Below are positions 23,631 through 34,589 of a stretch of DNA of 64,000 bases, piece by piece; the first letter of the stretch is position 1, and each line of letters starts with the position of its first letter. Both the position numbers and the translations under genes were made by a program. This DNA is from Eubacteriales bacterium. Its GTDB lineage: Bacteria > Bacillota > Clostridia > Oscillospirales > RGIG577. The DNA lies in the NCBI GenBank assembly GCA_050943735.1, contig JBMNPT010000007.1, forward strand, positions 51,220 to 115,219, given 5' to 3'. The notes beneath the pieces are model-generated. The model searched no databases, had not been told where the DNA came from, and worked only from the letters and a program-made list of their open reading frames with translations.

Positions 23631-25508
23631 ATGTACGTGGCAAAAATTGAAAAGTCAGAATTGGCGGGCAAGGTGGAAAAGCTGGCCCGGAGCGAAAAGA
23701 ACAATAAGAATGAAAAAACGGTGAGAGCTCGCCGTTCCAAGAGTGATAAGACCGAAAAGACAGAAAAAAACGCAAAGACTGAAACCAAGCGCACCCGGAG
23801 CGAAAAACCGGAAAAGACAGAGAGACAATCCCGGCAAACCAGAGGGGCCAGCGGAGAAAAACTGAAGATCATCTCTCTGGGCGGACTCAATGAGATCGGC
23901 AAAAACCTGACGGTCATTGAATATGGACAGGACATCCTGATGGTGGACTGCGGTATGGCGTTCCCGGATGACGAAATGCCGGGCATTGACCTGGTCATCC
24001 CGGATACCACTTACCTTTCCAAAAACCGGGACCGCATCAAGGGCCTGCTCATCACCCATGGACACGAGGACCACATTGGAGCCATCCCCTATGTGCTGCG
24101 GGATTTCAATGTGCCCATTTACGGCACCCGTATGGCCATGGGCCTGCTGCGCCGCAAGCTGGAGGAGCACCGTCTGGATAAAAAGGCGGACATCCATTTC
24201 ATCAAGCCCCATGACAAATTCAAGCTGGGCTGTTTTGGCATTGAGGCGGTGAGGGTGAATCACTCCATTGCCGATGCGCTGGCCTACGCCATCAAGACGC
24301 CGGTGGGTACCATTGTGATGACCGGCGACTTCAAGATTGATATGACGCCCATCCAGGGAGATCCCATCGATCTGGCCCGGTTTGGCGAGCTGGGCAAGCA
24401 GGGCGTGCTGGCGCTGCTGATGGATTCCACCAACGCGGAGCGTCCGGGCTATACCATGAGTGAGCGCACAGTGGGCAAGACCTTTGACAGCATTTTCGCC
24501 GGCACTAAAAAGCGTATCATTGTGGCTACCTTTGCCAGCAATGTGGACCGGGTGCAGCAGATCATCAATTCGGCGGTGAAATTTGGCCGTAAGGTGGCGG
24601 TTTCCGGCCGCAGCATGGTCAATATGGTGGAAGTGGCCTCGGAGCTGGGATATATTTCGGTGCCCAAGGGGACCATTGTGGATTTGGACAACATCGACCG
24701 GTATCCTCCGGAACGGGTGGTGATCATCACTACCGGCAGCCAGGGAGAGCCTATGAGCGCCCTGTACCGGATGGCCTACAGTGATCACCGGAAGGTGGAA
24801 ATCGGCCCGGGTGATCTGGTGGTCATTTCCGCCAGCCCCATCCCCGGCAATGAAAAGGGCATCAACAATGTCATCAATGAGCTGTATAAGCATGGGGTGG
24901 AGATCATTCACGATTCTCTGCGGGATGTGCATGTATCAGGGCACGCCTGCGCTGAGGAGCTCAAGACCATTCTCTCTCTCACTCGGCCCAAGTTTTTCAT
25001 CCCCCTGCATGGCGAGTACCGGCATCTCTTCCACAATAAAATGCTGGCGGAGGGTATGGGAATCCCCTCTTCCAACATCATTCTCTCGGACATCGGCAAG
25101 GTGATTGAACTGGATGAAAAGAGCTGCCGCATCAACGGGACGGTACCGGCTGGACGGGTGTTGGTAGATGGTCTGGGCGTGGGCGATGTGGGTAACATCG
25201 TACTGCGGGACCGGAAACATCTGGCACAGGATGGACTCATCGTGGTGGTGGTCACCCTGGACAAGGGCAGCGGTTTTGTGCTCAGTGGCCCGGATATTGT
25301 GTCCCGGGGCTTTGTGTATGTACGGGAAGCGGAGGACCTGATGGAAAAGGTGCGGCTGGAGGCCAAACGTACCCTGGAACGCTGTGAGGAAAACAGTGTC
25401 ACCGACTGGGGCGCTATCAAAACCAAGCTGAAACAGTCCATCAGCGATCTGCTCTTTGAAAAGACCAAACGCAAGCCCATGATTCTGCCCATCATCATGG
25501 AAATTTGA
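23631..25508 (+). CDS. rnj: ribonuclease J (beta-CASP metallo-beta-lactamase) with Lys/Glu-rich N-terminal extension
   Basis: The core starts at ...KLKIISLGGLNEIGKNLTVIEYG and carries HGHEDHIGAIPY. By RBS spacing (GGAGG 8 nt upstream) the true start may be GTG 23637. Confidence 0.9.
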   Translation: MYVAKIEKSELAGKVEKLARSEKNNKNEKTVRARRSKSDKTEKTEKNAKTETKRTRSEKPEKTERQSRQTRGASGEKLKIISLGGLNEIGKNLTVIEYGQDILMVDCGMAFPDDEMPGIDLVIPDTTYLSKNRDRIKGLLITHGHEDHIGAIPYVLRDFNVPIYGTRMAMGLLRRKLEEHRLDKKADIHFIKPHDKFKLGCFGIEAVRVNHSIADALAYAIKTPVGTIVMTGDFKIDMTPIQGDPIDLARFGELGKQGVLALLMDSTNAERPGYTMSERTVGKTFDSIFAGTKKRIIVATFASNVDRVQQIINSAVKFGRKVAVSGRSMVNMVEVASELGYISVPKGTIVDLDNIDRYPPERVVIITTGSQGEPMSALYRMAYSDHRKVEIGPGDLVVISASPIPGNEKGINNVINELYKHGVEIIHDSLRDVHVSGHACAEELKTILSLTRPKFFIPLHGEYRHLFHNKMLAEGMGIPSSNIILSDIGKVIELDEKSCRINGTVPAGRVLVDGLGVGDVGNIVLRDRKHLAQDGLIVVVVTLDKGSGFVLSGPDIVSRGFVYVREAEDLMEKVRLEAKRTLERCEENSVTDWGAIKTKLKQSISDLLFEKTKRKPMILPIIMEI

Positions 25509-25515
25509 GTAAAAA

Positions 25516-25546
25516 GCCCCGCGAAAAGAAATTCGCGGGGCTTTTT
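25516..25546 (+). terminator. intrinsic terminator after rnj
   Basis: GCCCCGCGAA/TTCGCGGGGC 10-bp stem followed by T5. Confidence 0.88.
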
Positions 25547-25686
25547 GTAGGCAATCCATCACATTTCTCGGCCATGTTTTGGAAAAAAACTAGCCTTGAC
25601 GCTGAAAGTATGCTAAGATAAAGGTATTATTGACAGTGGACGCATAGCGTCTGCTCCCCATCTGAAAAATAAAGGAATGTGAACCT

Positions 25687-26637
25687 ATGGAGCGTACCAA
25701 GCAAAAGGCTAAAATCATCCTGACTTCATTTCTCTGCATTGCCATGTGCGTATTGGGAGCTAAGGTTCCGCTGGGCAACCCTCTCACCACCATGGTGGGC
25801 GCGGGTGCACTGGCGGTACTGGTATTTCGTGCGCCTCTATGGGTGCCTGCTCTCACTGTAGTGCTGGGCGCAGCATTCAGTTTTGCCCTGGGTTGTTCTC
25901 TGGGATTGGTCATTTCCGCCATGCTGTGTATGTTGGCGGCGGGTGTGGCCATGGGCGTGTGTATGAAACGGGAGTATTCCTTTAAGCAGCTGATGCTGGT
26001 ACTCATCGCGGTGGTGACCCTGATCAACGGCGGGCTCTCGCTGCTGTCGGTGTATCTCAATTTTGGTTCCATTACGGTGGATAATATGCTGGCCCCCTAT
26101 GAGGACATCTATTACACCATGGAACAGGCTTTTGTGGCGGCTGGCAATACTGCCTATGAGGCATCCATGGCGGTCAAGGGCATTCGGGATTTCATGGGCA
26201 GTGTGCTCATCGGCTACATTGTGCTCTCCTCCATGCTCATTGCCTTCGGCGCCTGTCTGTGCACGCTGGGGCTGATGTGGCTGCTCTATCGGGTGGTGTT
26301 TCCTCAGTACCGGTTCCTGCGCAGCTTCCAGGTGAGCCGAGTGGGAGGCATCTTTTTCCTCATTTCCTTTTTGGGAATGATTGTTTTTACCGACCGGATT
26401 ATGGTGGGGGCGTTTTCCAATTTTGTTCTGATTTTTGCCCCTGTCTTTTTGCTGGAGGGTTTATCGCTGCTGGAGTGGAACTTCAACCGGATGGGTATGA
26501 AGTGGCTCACCAAGGCGGCGTTGTACATCTGTATTTTCGCGACTCTGTTTTTGCCGTTTGTCAACATGGTCAACGCCTGCGTGGCGCTGGGTGTGCTGGA
26601 CAGCCTGGCGGATTACCGGAAAACCCGGCGCAAATAG
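25687..26637 (+). CDS. YybS-family (DUF2232) integral membrane protein
   Basis: Polytopic membrane protein located directly upstream of gdpP-rplI-dnaB, as in the Bacillus yybS-yybT-rplI-dnaC arrangement. Confidence 0.7.
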   Translation: MERTKQKAKIILTSFLCIAMCVLGAKVPLGNPLTTMVGAGALAVLVFRAPLWVPALTVVLGAAFSFALGCSLGLVISAMLCMLAAGVAMGVCMKREYSFKQLMLVLIAVVTLINGGLSLLSVYLNFGSITVDNMLAPYEDIYYTMEQAFVAAGNTAYEASMAVKGIRDFMGSVLIGYIVLSSMLIAFGACLCTLGLMWLLYRVVFPQYRFLRSFQVSRVGGIFFLISFLGMIVFTDRIMVGAFSNFVLIFAPVFLLEGLSLLEWNFNRMGMKWLTKAALYICIFATLFLPFVNMVNACVALGVLDSLADYRKTRRK

Positions 26638-26673
26638 CCGGACGGGTCAGCAGAAGCGCGGGAGGGAACGCGT

Positions 26674-28716
26674 ATGGATAAAAAACTGTTTAAGGGCTTT
26701 GAGCCGGGTGTGCGGTTGCTGCTGGTGGTGCTGCTGATTCATGCTCTGGCGGCGGCGGTGCTGTTTCACTGGTATGCGGCAGTGGCGGAAGTGGTCATTT
26801 TTGGCGCTGTCTATTACTATTATGCCGTCACCGGACGTGCCCGCAAAAAAGACATCATGAAATACATTGAGAACCTGAGCTGCGATGTGGACACATTGTC
26901 TCAGCAGTCGGTGCTCAATTTTCCCATGCCCATGCTGCTGGTGCGGGCGGATGGTATGATTTCCTGGTACAACGCTCTGTTCACTGAGATTTTGGGTCCC
27001 AAGGGAGCCAATTATTTTCAGCGTCCGCTGTGGGAGGTATTCCCCACTGTGGAGATGGAAAAATTGCTGCAGGAGAGCGAGTGCCGGGTGGGCTATGAAG
27101 GCCGCAGCTTTGTACTGCATGGGTCGGTAGTGGCCCGCAATGAGGAGGAGCGGCCGGAATTGCTGGCCTTTTACCTCACTGAGGAAACCGAGCTCATCCG
27201 GATGAAGCAGGAAGTGGAGAATCACCAGAGCGTGGTGGCGGTGGTGATGATCGATAACTATGATGAAGTGATTCTGCAAGCCAGCGATGTGGAAAAGGCC
27301 ACCCTCATTGCCAGCATTGATAATCGAGTGGGCCAGTGGGCCAAAAAATACAGTGGATTTTTGCAGCGGTACCAGCGGGACCGGTATCTGCTCATCATGG
27401 AAATGCCCTACTACAAGGCCATGGTGAAGGATAAGTGCTCCATTTTGGATAACATCAAGGAAATTGTGGTGGGTGAGAGCAAAATCCCGGTGACGCTGAG
27501 CATCGGCGTGGGCAAGGGAACCTATTCCTTCATTGAAAAATATGAATATGCCCGGGCGGGCATTGAAATCGCCTTGGGACGCGGCGGCGACCAGGTGGTG
27601 GTGAAGTCCGGGGATATTTATGAGTATTTCGGCGGAAAATCCAAAGAGATGGAAAAACGGACCAAGGTCAAGTCCAGAGTGATGGCCACTGCGCTGCGAG
27701 AACTGATCCGCGGCAGCGATCATGTGTATATCATGGGGCATCACTTTGTGGACCTGGACGCGTTGGGAGCCGCAGTGGGGGTAGCCCGTATCGCCCGCAA
27801 TTTCGGCAAGTCCCCCCGCATTTTCCTGGACGTCCGTTCCCAGACCATTGACCGGGCGGTGACCGAGCTGGAACGCTGCCCTGAGTATGAGGATACCTTT
27901 GTGACGGTGTCGGGCAATCTGCCCATCATCACCGACAAAACCCTGCTGGTGGTGGTGGACACCCACAGCAGCAAATTTGTGGAGTGGCCCGAATTGCTGC
28001 GGGCCTGTACCAAAGTGGTGGTCATCGACCACCATCGCCGGGGCGAGTATTTCATTGACAATGCCACCCTCATGTTCCATGAACCCTATGCCTCTTCGGC
28101 CAGTGAGATGGTCACCGAGGTGGCGGGCTATCTGGACAAAGAGGGCAAGCTCACCCGGGATGAGGCCAACATTCTGTTGGCCGGTATCATTCTGGATACC
28201 AAGGGCTTCACCCTGAAAACCGGGGTGCGCACCTTTGAGGCGGCCTCCGCTCTCCGGCGGCTGGGCGCCGATACAGTGGAAGCCAAACGGTATTTCCAAA
28301 ATACGCTGGAGGAGTATAAGCGTAAAGCGTCCTTTATCTCCACTGCGGAATTCTTTGACAACATCGCCATCTGTGTCAGTGAGAATGAGGGCAATACCCT
28401 CACTCGGGAGCTGTTTGCCCAGTGCATTGACGACTTGATGAGCGTGGAAGGCATTGATGCATCCTTTGGCATCGCCCGTTTTGGCGATCAGGTGCACGTG
28501 TCGGGCCGTTCCTACGGCAAAATCAATGTCCAGGTCATCGTAGAACGCCTGGGCGGAGGAGGTCATCAGACCATGGCGGGTGCCCAGCTCTCCGGTAAAA
28601 CGGTGGGTCAGGTGAAGGTCATGTTGCTGGGGGCCATCTATCACAACGAAAGCATCGATAACATCGGGGAGGAAACAACACATGAAAGTCATTCTGTTGG
28701 AAGACGTAAAGGGTAA
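26674..28716 (+). CDS. gdpP: DHH/DHHA1 phosphodiesterase GdpP (c-di-AMP phosphodiesterase)
   Basis: Two N-terminal TM segments, a PAS-like/degenerate GGDEF region, DHH motifs ([24 protein letters not shown]) and DHHA1 GGGGH. Confidence 0.88.
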   Translation: MDKKLFKGFEPGVRLLLVVLLIHALAAAVLFHWYAAVAEVVIFGAVYYYYAVTGRARKKDIMKYIENLSCDVDTLSQQSVLNFPMPMLLVRADGMISWYNALFTEILGPKGANYFQRPLWEVFPTVEMEKLLQESECRVGYEGRSFVLHGSVVARNEEERPELLAFYLTEETELIRMKQEVENHQSVVAVVMIDNYDEVILQASDVEKATLIASIDNRVGQWAKKYSGFLQRYQRDRYLLIMEMPYYKAMVKDKCSILDNIKEIVVGESKIPVTLSIGVGKGTYSFIEKYEYARAGIEIALGRGGDQVVVKSGDIYEYFGGKSKEMEKRTKVKSRVMATALRELIRGSDHVYIMGHHFVDLDALGAAVGVARIARNFGKSPRIFLDVRSQTIDRAVTELERCPEYEDTFVTVSGNLPIITDKTLLVVVDTHSSKFVEWPELLRACTKVVVIDHHRRGEYFIDNATLMFHEPYASSASEMVTEVAGYLDKEGKLTRDEANILLAGIILDTKGFTLKTGVRTFEAASALRRLGADTVEAKRYFQNTLEEYKRKASFISTAEFFDNIAICVSENEGNTLTRELFAQCIDDLMSVEGIDASFGIARFGDQVHVSGRSYGKINVQVIVERLGGGGHQTMAGAQLSGKTVGQVKVMLLGAIYHNESIDNIGEETTHESHSVGRRKG

Positions 28717-29131
28717 GGGCAAAAAGGGTCAGGAGGTCAACGTGAGCGACGGCTACGCGCAGAATTTCCTGTTTCCCAAAAAGCTGGCCATGGAAGCCAC
28801 TGCGAAAAACCTCAATGACATGAAGGGCAAGCAGGAGGCTCAGGCTTTCCGCAAAGCGGAGGAGAAAAAGGCAGCTGAGGAGACCAAGAGCAAGCTGTCG
28901 GGCGTCAATGTAAAGCTCACCGCCAAGGGTGGCACCAGCGGCCGGATTTTTGGCAGCGTGACCGCCAAGGAAATTGCCGATGAGCTGAAAAAGGTGTACG
29001 GCATTGAAGTGGATAAGCGGAAGATCGACACCGGAGAAGGACTCAAGAGCTTCGGCACCTATCAGCTGAAGGTGAAGCTCCATCCGGAAGTGATGGCCGA
29101 TCTGAAGGTGACAGTGGAACAGGAGGGCTGA
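28682..29131 (+). CDS. rplI: 50S ribosomal protein L9
   Basis: [36 protein letters not shown]... with a GGAGGAA RBS. It overlaps the gdpP 3' end by 35 nt. Confidence 0.95.
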   Translation: MKVILLEDVKGKGKKGQEVNVSDGYAQNFLFPKKLAMEATAKNLNDMKGKQEAQAFRKAEEKKAAEETKSKLSGVNVKLTAKGGTSGRIFGSVTAKEIADELKKVYGIEVDKRKIDTGEGLKSFGTYQLKVKLHPEVMADLKVTVEQEG

Positions 29132-29185
29132 CAGCAGCCCTTTTTCCGCTGGTGGGAAGAATGAAAGGGCAAGGAGGTGGATACC

Positions 29186-30520
29186 ATGGCCATGGAGGAG
29201 GATCTGCTGCGGCAGATGCCCTACAGCAGCGAAGCCGAGATGAGTGTGCTGGGCGGCGTGCTCATTGATGAAGAGCGAATGAGTGAAGTGGTGGGGCTGC
29301 TCCGGGAGGAGGACTTTTATTTGGCGGAAAACCGGATGGTGTTCGCCGCCATGACCGAGCTGTACAATATGGGGCGGCACATTGATCTGGTGAGCCTCAT
29401 CGAAACCATGAAGCGGCAGGGCAATTATGAAAAGGCCGGAGGTCGGGAATATATCGCCCGGCTCATTGACATGGTGCCCACTGCTGCCAATGTGGAGAGT
29501 TACTGCCGGGTTGTCCAGGAGAAGAGCGGCCTGCGGCAGCTCATCACCGCCGCCGGAGAAATCCAGCGGATGTGTCTGGAAGGGGGCGATGAGGCCCGGG
29601 CCATCATGGATGTGGCGGAACAGAAAATCGCCGCCGCCCTGCAGGGCCATACCAGTCAGAGCATGGCCACCATCAAGGAGGTCATTCTGGAGGCCTATGA
29701 CATTCTGCATAAGCTCTCCTATGACAAAGAGGATGTCATGGGTGTCCCCACCGGTTTTCGGGATTTGGACAGCCTGATCGTGGGCCTCAATAAATCGGAT
29801 TTGTGTTTGCTGGCCGCCCGTCCTGGCATGGGCAAAACCTCTTTCGCGCTGAATATCGCCCAGAACGTGGCACTGCGCACCGGAAAATCAGTGGCCATCT
29901 TTTCACTGGAAATGTCCAAAGAGCAGCTGGTCAACCGGATGCTCTCCAGTGAGGCCATGGTGGACAGCTATAAACTGCGTACCGGTGAGCTGGATGACGA
30001 GGACTGGACCAAACTGGCCCGGGCGGCGGGGCTTTTGTCCACCGCTAATATTTATCTGGATGATACATCCGGCATCAACGCGCTGGAGATGAAGGCCAAA
30101 TGCCGCCGGATCAAGGATTTGGGCATGGTGGTCATCGATTATCTGCAGCTGATGCAGGGCAGCCGTCATACCGATAACCGTGTGGCGGAAGTGTCGGAAA
30201 TTTCCCGTTCTCTCAAAATCATGGCCAAGGAGCTCAATGTGCCGGTGATCTGCCTTTCGCAGTTGTCCCGGGGCCCTGAGTCCCGTACCGATAAACGTCC
30301 CATGCTGTCCGATTTGCGTGAGTCCGGCTCCATCGAACAGGACGCGGATATTGTAATTTTCCTGTACCGGGAGGATTACTACGACAAAGAAACCGAAAAG
30401 CGCAATGTGGCGGAGTGTATCGTTTCCAAAAACCGGCATGGTTCCACCAACAAAGTGGAATTGCAGTGGTTGGGACAGTATACTCGCTTTTCCACCCAGG
30501 AGAAGGTGTACAATGAATGA
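29186..30520 (+). CDS. dnaB: replicative DNA helicase
   Basis: PYSSEAEMSVLGGVL..., Walker A ARPGMGKTSF, and IDYLQLM...SRSLK..AKEL.VPV..LSQLSR. ATG 29186 lies 8 nt after AAGGAGG. Confidence 0.93.
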   Translation: MAMEEDLLRQMPYSSEAEMSVLGGVLIDEERMSEVVGLLREEDFYLAENRMVFAAMTELYNMGRHIDLVSLIETMKRQGNYEKAGGREYIARLIDMVPTAANVESYCRVVQEKSGLRQLITAAGEIQRMCLEGGDEARAIMDVAEQKIAAALQGHTSQSMATIKEVILEAYDILHKLSYDKEDVMGVPTGFRDLDSLIVGLNKSDLCLLAARPGMGKTSFALNIAQNVALRTGKSVAIFSLEMSKEQLVNRMLSSEAMVDSYKLRTGELDDEDWTKLARAAGLLSTANIYLDDTSGINALEMKAKCRRIKDLGMVVIDYLQLMQGSRHTDNRVAEVSEISRSLKIMAKELNVPVICLSQLSRGPESRTDKRPMLSDLRESGSIEQDADIVIFLYREDYYDKETEKRNVAECIVSKNRHGSTNKVELQWLGQYTRFSTQEKVYNE

Positions 30521-31865
30521 TCTGGTGCGCGCTGCGCTGGAGGAGTATCATATGCTGGAGCCCGGCCAGCGGGTGTTGGTGGGGCTTAGCGGCGGCGCCG
30601 ATTCTACGGCGCTGTTGCTCTGCCTGAGGGAATTGGAGATCCCGGTGACGGCCCTCTATGTGGAGCATGGCATCCGGGGAGAGGAATCTCTGCGGGATGA
30701 GGAATTTTGCCGGGCGCTGTGTGAAAAACTGGAAGTGCCCTTTGAAAGCCGGCGGGTGGATGTGCCCGCACTGGCCCGGGCGGAGGGGATGTCGGTGGAG
30801 CTGGCCGCCCGCCAGGCCCGGTACGCGCTGTTGCAGCGCGTGGCGGAACAGCATGGTTGCCACAAAATTGCCACTGCCCACACTGCCGATGACAACGCCG
30901 AAACACTGCTGTTCCGCTTGGCCCGGGGAACCGGGCCGGAGGGCCTGGCGGGCATCCCTCCGGTGCGGGGCAACCTGATCCGCCCGCTGCTGGGATGTAC
31001 CCGCCGGCAGGTGGAGGCCTATCTGGCCAGCCGAAAGCAGACCTATATGACTGACTCCACCAATCATTCAGATGACTACGCCCGCAATCGTCTGCGCCAC
31101 CATGTGATGCCATGGTTGGAAAGGGAATACCCCGGCGCAACAGAGCGTATGGCTGCTGTCGCTGGGGATTTACTGCTGGATCAGCAGCTGCTGGGCGGCA
31201 TGACGGAGGAATTCATCCAAAGCCATGTGCGGCGGGAAGGCGAAAGCCTGCTGTTGGAGCGGCAATCGCTGGAGCAACTGGCCCCGGCCCTGCGGGGGCG
31301 GGTGCTGGTGCGGCTGGTACGGCTGGCGGGGCAGGAGCCTCACCGGGTGCATGTGCAGCAGATGCTTTCCATGGTGATGATGGACGGAGAATTTCGGGAA
31401 CTGACCCTTCCCGGCGGACTCCGATGGCAGTGCAGCTGCGGACAGCTGCGGCTGGGACCGGCTCAGGAAGTCCCTTCCTATGGACAGCAGCTGGAAGTGG
31501 GAACCCAGGTGGAATTGCCTGGTGGGTATCGAGTGACATCCCAGATGCTCAATAAAATTCCACCAAAAATTCAAAGAAAATTAATGACTGCGTACCTGGA
31601 TTATGATACAATAAAACAGTACATCTTTGTGCGCAATCGACGAAGCGGTGACCGGTATCCTCCACAGGGGATGGCTGGCAGCCGCAGTATAAAAAAATGG
31701 ATGATCGAGGCACGGATTCCCCGGATGGAACGGGACCGGCTGCCCTTGTTTTTGGACGGGCAGCAGCTTGTGTGGTGTCCAGGGCTGCCGCCCAGAGAAG
31801 GATATGCAGCCGATGAACACACCCGGCGGGTGCTGGAGATCACAGTGGAAAAGGAGAAAGAATGA
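30513..31865 (+). CDS. tilS: tRNA(Ile)-lysidine synthetase
   Basis: PP-loop VLVGLSGGADSTALL. The ATG overlaps the dnaB stop (ATGAATGA). The ORF-track start at 30405 lies inside dnaB. Confidence 0.9.
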   Translation: MNDLVRAALEEYHMLEPGQRVLVGLSGGADSTALLLCLRELEIPVTALYVEHGIRGEESLRDEEFCRALCEKLEVPFESRRVDVPALARAEGMSVELAARQARYALLQRVAEQHGCHKIATAHTADDNAETLLFRLARGTGPEGLAGIPPVRGNLIRPLLGCTRRQVEAYLASRKQTYMTDSTNHSDDYARNRLRHHVMPWLEREYPGATERMAAVAGDLLLDQQLLGGMTEEFIQSHVRREGESLLLERQSLEQLAPALRGRVLVRLVRLAGQEPHRVHVQQMLSMVMMDGEFRELTLPGGLRWQCSCGQLRLGPAQEVPSYGQQLEVGTQVELPGGYRVTSQMLNKIPPKIQRKLMTAYLDYDTIKQYIFVRNRRSGDRYPPQGMAGSRSIKKWMIEARIPRMERDRLPLFLDGQQLVWCPGLPPREGYAADEHTRRVLEITVEKEKE

Positions 31866-32404
31866 TGCGCGGCGATTTGGAATATGTTCTTCTGACAGAG
31901 GAGCAGATCAAAGCCAAGGTACAGGAATTGGGTCAGCAGATCTCCAAGGATTACGCGGACAAAAACCTGCTGATGGTAGGGCTGCTCAAGGGCAGCGTGG
32001 TGTTCATGAGCGATCTGATGCGGGCGGTGACCATCAGTGCCGGCATTGACTTCATGAGTGTCAGCAGTTACGGCAAGGGCGTCAAAACCTCCGGCGTGGT
32101 CAAGATCATCAAAGATCTGGATGTGGAAATCAAGGACTATGATATTCTTATCGTAGAAGACATATTGGACAGCGGCATGACACTCAGTTACATCACCCAG
32201 ATGCTGCGGGCACGCAATCCCCGGAGTATCCGGCTGTGCACTCTGCTGGATAAGCCCGAGCGGCACAAGGTGGATGTTCACATTGATTATAAAGGGTTTG
32301 TCATTCCCGATGAATTCGTGGTGGGCTACGGCTTGGATTATGCGGAAAAATACCGCAATCTGCCTTACATTGGTGTTTTGGCCCCCCGGATCTATGAAAA
32401 ATGA
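31862..32404 (+). CDS. hpt: hypoxanthine phosphoribosyltransferase
   Basis: PRPP-binding motif ILIVEDILDSGMTL and ...DFMSVSSYG... The start overlaps the tilS stop. Confidence 0.92.
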   Translation: MMRGDLEYVLLTEEQIKAKVQELGQQISKDYADKNLLMVGLLKGSVVFMSDLMRAVTISAGIDFMSVSSYGKGVKTSGVVKIIKDLDVEIKDYDILIVEDILDSGMTLSYITQMLRARNPRSIRLCTLLDKPERHKVDVHIDYKGFVIPDEFVVGYGLDYAEKYRNLPYIGVLAPRIYEK

Positions 32405-32456
32405 TCCGCCCGCATGGGCAATTCCCCGTTGCGGGATGAGAAGGAGATGAAGGTAT

Positions 32457-34526
32457 TTGAACAAAAATGTAAAGAGTCTGGGCTTTTATGGTGCCATTCT
32501 GGCGGTGCTGATTCTGGTGCTGGCCATGATGTACAAGGATCAGCCGGATGTCAGTCTCAGCTATGCCAAAACGCTGGATCTGATCCGCAATGAGCAGGTG
32601 CAGTCGCTGACGGTAGAAGGGTCCAATTTGACCATGAACCTGAAGGACGGTACCACTGTGACCAAAAATCTGCCCAGCTTTGCGCTGTTCTATGAGGATG
32701 TGGGCGAGCTGGTGGAAGAGCAGTACGCTGAGGGTATCATTGAGGACTATGATTACCCGGCACCACCGGAGATTCCCTGGTGGGTGTCTATGCTGCCCTA
32801 TGTGATTCTGGGCGGTGTGATGATCTTCCTGTGGGTCTACATGATGGGCAACGCGGGCGGAGGCGGAGGCAAAATGATGTCCTTCGGCCGGGCCAAGGTG
32901 CGCACCATGAGCGAAAATCAGCGCAAGGTCACCTTCCAGGATGTGGCTGGTGCGGATGAGGAAAAGGAAGAACTATGGGAAGTGGTGGATTTCCTCAAAT
33001 CGCCCAAACGCTTTACGGATTTGGGTGCTCGGATTCCCAAGGGCATTTTGATGGTGGGCCCGCCCGGTACCGGTAAAACCCTGCTGGCAAAGGCGGTAGC
33101 CGGAGAGGCAGGGGTTTCCTTCTTCTCCATTTCCGGTTCCGACTTTGTGGAAATGTTTGTAGGCGTGGGCGCCAGTCGTGTGCGTGACCTGTTTGACCAG
33201 GCCAAAAAGAACAGCCCCTGCATTGTGTTCATTGATGAAATTGATGCGGTGGGCCGTCAGAGAGGCACCGGCATGGGCGGCGGCCACGATGAACGGGAAC
33301 AGACCCTTAACCAGCTGCTGGTGGAGATGGACGGTTTTGGCGTGAATGAGGGCGTCATTGTGGTGGCGGCCACCAACCGTGCCGACGTACTGGACCCGGC
33401 TCTGACCCGACCCGGCCGTTTTGACCGGCAGGTGTATGTCTATCTGCCTGATATGCGGGGACGGGAAGCCATTTTGCGTGTACACTCCCGGGGCAAGCCG
33501 TTGGATGCCGATGTGGATCTGAAGAAGATCGCCGGTGGTACCATTGGTTTCTCGGGCGCTGATTTGGAAAATCTGATGAACGAAGCCGCTCTGCTGGCAG
33601 CCCGCCGGGGCAAGTTGAGCATCGGCATGTCGGAAGTGTCCGAGGCCACCATCAAGGTGATGATGGGCCCGGCCAAAAAGTCCAAGGTACCCAGCGAAAA
33701 GGTGCGCCGGCTCACCGCCTATCACGAAGGCGGCCACGCACTGATCCATTACTATCTGGATAAGCTGGACGATGTGCATGAAGTGACCATCACCCCCAGA
33801 GGTCCGGCAGGCGGTTACACCCTGGCACTGCCCACCGAGGAAAAGGATTACGGCAGCCGGCTGGAAATGCTGGATGAGCTGGTTTCTTTGCTGGGCGGAC
33901 GTGTGGCGGAACAGTTGGTGCTGGGCGACATCTCCACCGGCGCCTCCAGTGATATTCAGCGGGCCACTCAGATTGCCCGGGATATGGTGATGCGATACGG
34001 CATGAGCGAAACGTTGGGGCCCATTGTATACGGCCATGGACACAACGATCCCTTCCTGGGACGTGATTTCAGCATGGACCGGGGCTTCTCGGAGACCACC
34101 GCAGCGCAGATTGACCAGGAGATCAAGGACATCATCGAAAACGCCTATGCTCGCTGTGAGGAAATCCTCACCCAGCACAGAGACCGTCTGGAAGCGGTGG
34201 CACAGGCTCTGCTGGAACGGGAAACTCTCAATGGAGTGGAATTCCGCATGGTGATGGAAGGCAAGACCTTGCCGCCTCCCCGCAAGGAGGAAAACGATAC
34301 TCCCCATGCCACCCCCAATCCAGATGTTCCTGCCAATGGCGCGGCCAGTTCGTCTCTGCCTGACCGCAAGGACATTGTAGAGGAGCTGCGGGAGGAGATC
34401 CGCAATGAGGATCGGGAAACTTTGCAGCAGGAGATCGCGGAAGCCTTCCCTGGACAGCTGCCTTCTGCGGAAGAAAAGAAGGATGATGATTCTCAGCAGG
34501 AGGAAAAAAAGGATACTGACAAGTAA
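32457..34526 (+). CDS. ftsH: ATP-dependent zinc metalloprotease FtsH
   Basis: Walker [17 protein letters not shown] motif, Zn site HEGGHAL and an acidic C-terminal tail. TTG start follows AAGGAG. Confidence 0.95.
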   Translation: MNKNVKSLGFYGAILAVLILVLAMMYKDQPDVSLSYAKTLDLIRNEQVQSLTVEGSNLTMNLKDGTTVTKNLPSFALFYEDVGELVEEQYAEGIIEDYDYPAPPEIPWWVSMLPYVILGGVMIFLWVYMMGNAGGGGGKMMSFGRAKVRTMSENQRKVTFQDVAGADEEKEELWEVVDFLKSPKRFTDLGARIPKGILMVGPPGTGKTLLAKAVAGEAGVSFFSISGSDFVEMFVGVGASRVRDLFDQAKKNSPCIVFIDEIDAVGRQRGTGMGGGHDEREQTLNQLLVEMDGFGVNEGVIVVAATNRADVLDPALTRPGRFDRQVYVYLPDMRGREAILRVHSRGKPLDADVDLKKIAGGTIGFSGADLENLMNEAALLAARRGKLSIGMSEVSEATIKVMMGPAKKSKVPSEKVRRLTAYHEGGHALIHYYLDKLDDVHEVTITPRGPAGGYTLALPTEEKDYGSRLEMLDELVSLLGGRVAEQLVLGDISTGASSDIQRATQIARDMVMRYGMSETLGPIVYGHGHNDPFLGRDFSMDRGFSETTAAQIDQEIKDIIENAYARCEEILTQHRDRLEAVAQALLERETLNGVEFRMVMEGKTLPPPRKEENDTPHATPNPDVPANGAASSSLPDRKDIVEELREEIRNEDRETLQQEIAEAFPGQLPSAEEKKDDDSQQEEKKDTDK

Positions 34527-34545
34527 GGCATTGCTGCCAAGCATG

Positions 34546-34581
34546 AAAAAGGCCACAGGAATTTTTCCTGTGGCCTTTTTG
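34546..34581. terminator. bidirectional intrinsic terminator (ftsH / nspC)
   Basis: GGCCACAGGA/TCCTGTGGCC stem, with an A-run upstream and T5 downstream. Confidence 0.88.
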
Positions 34582-34589
34582 GCTTGTTT

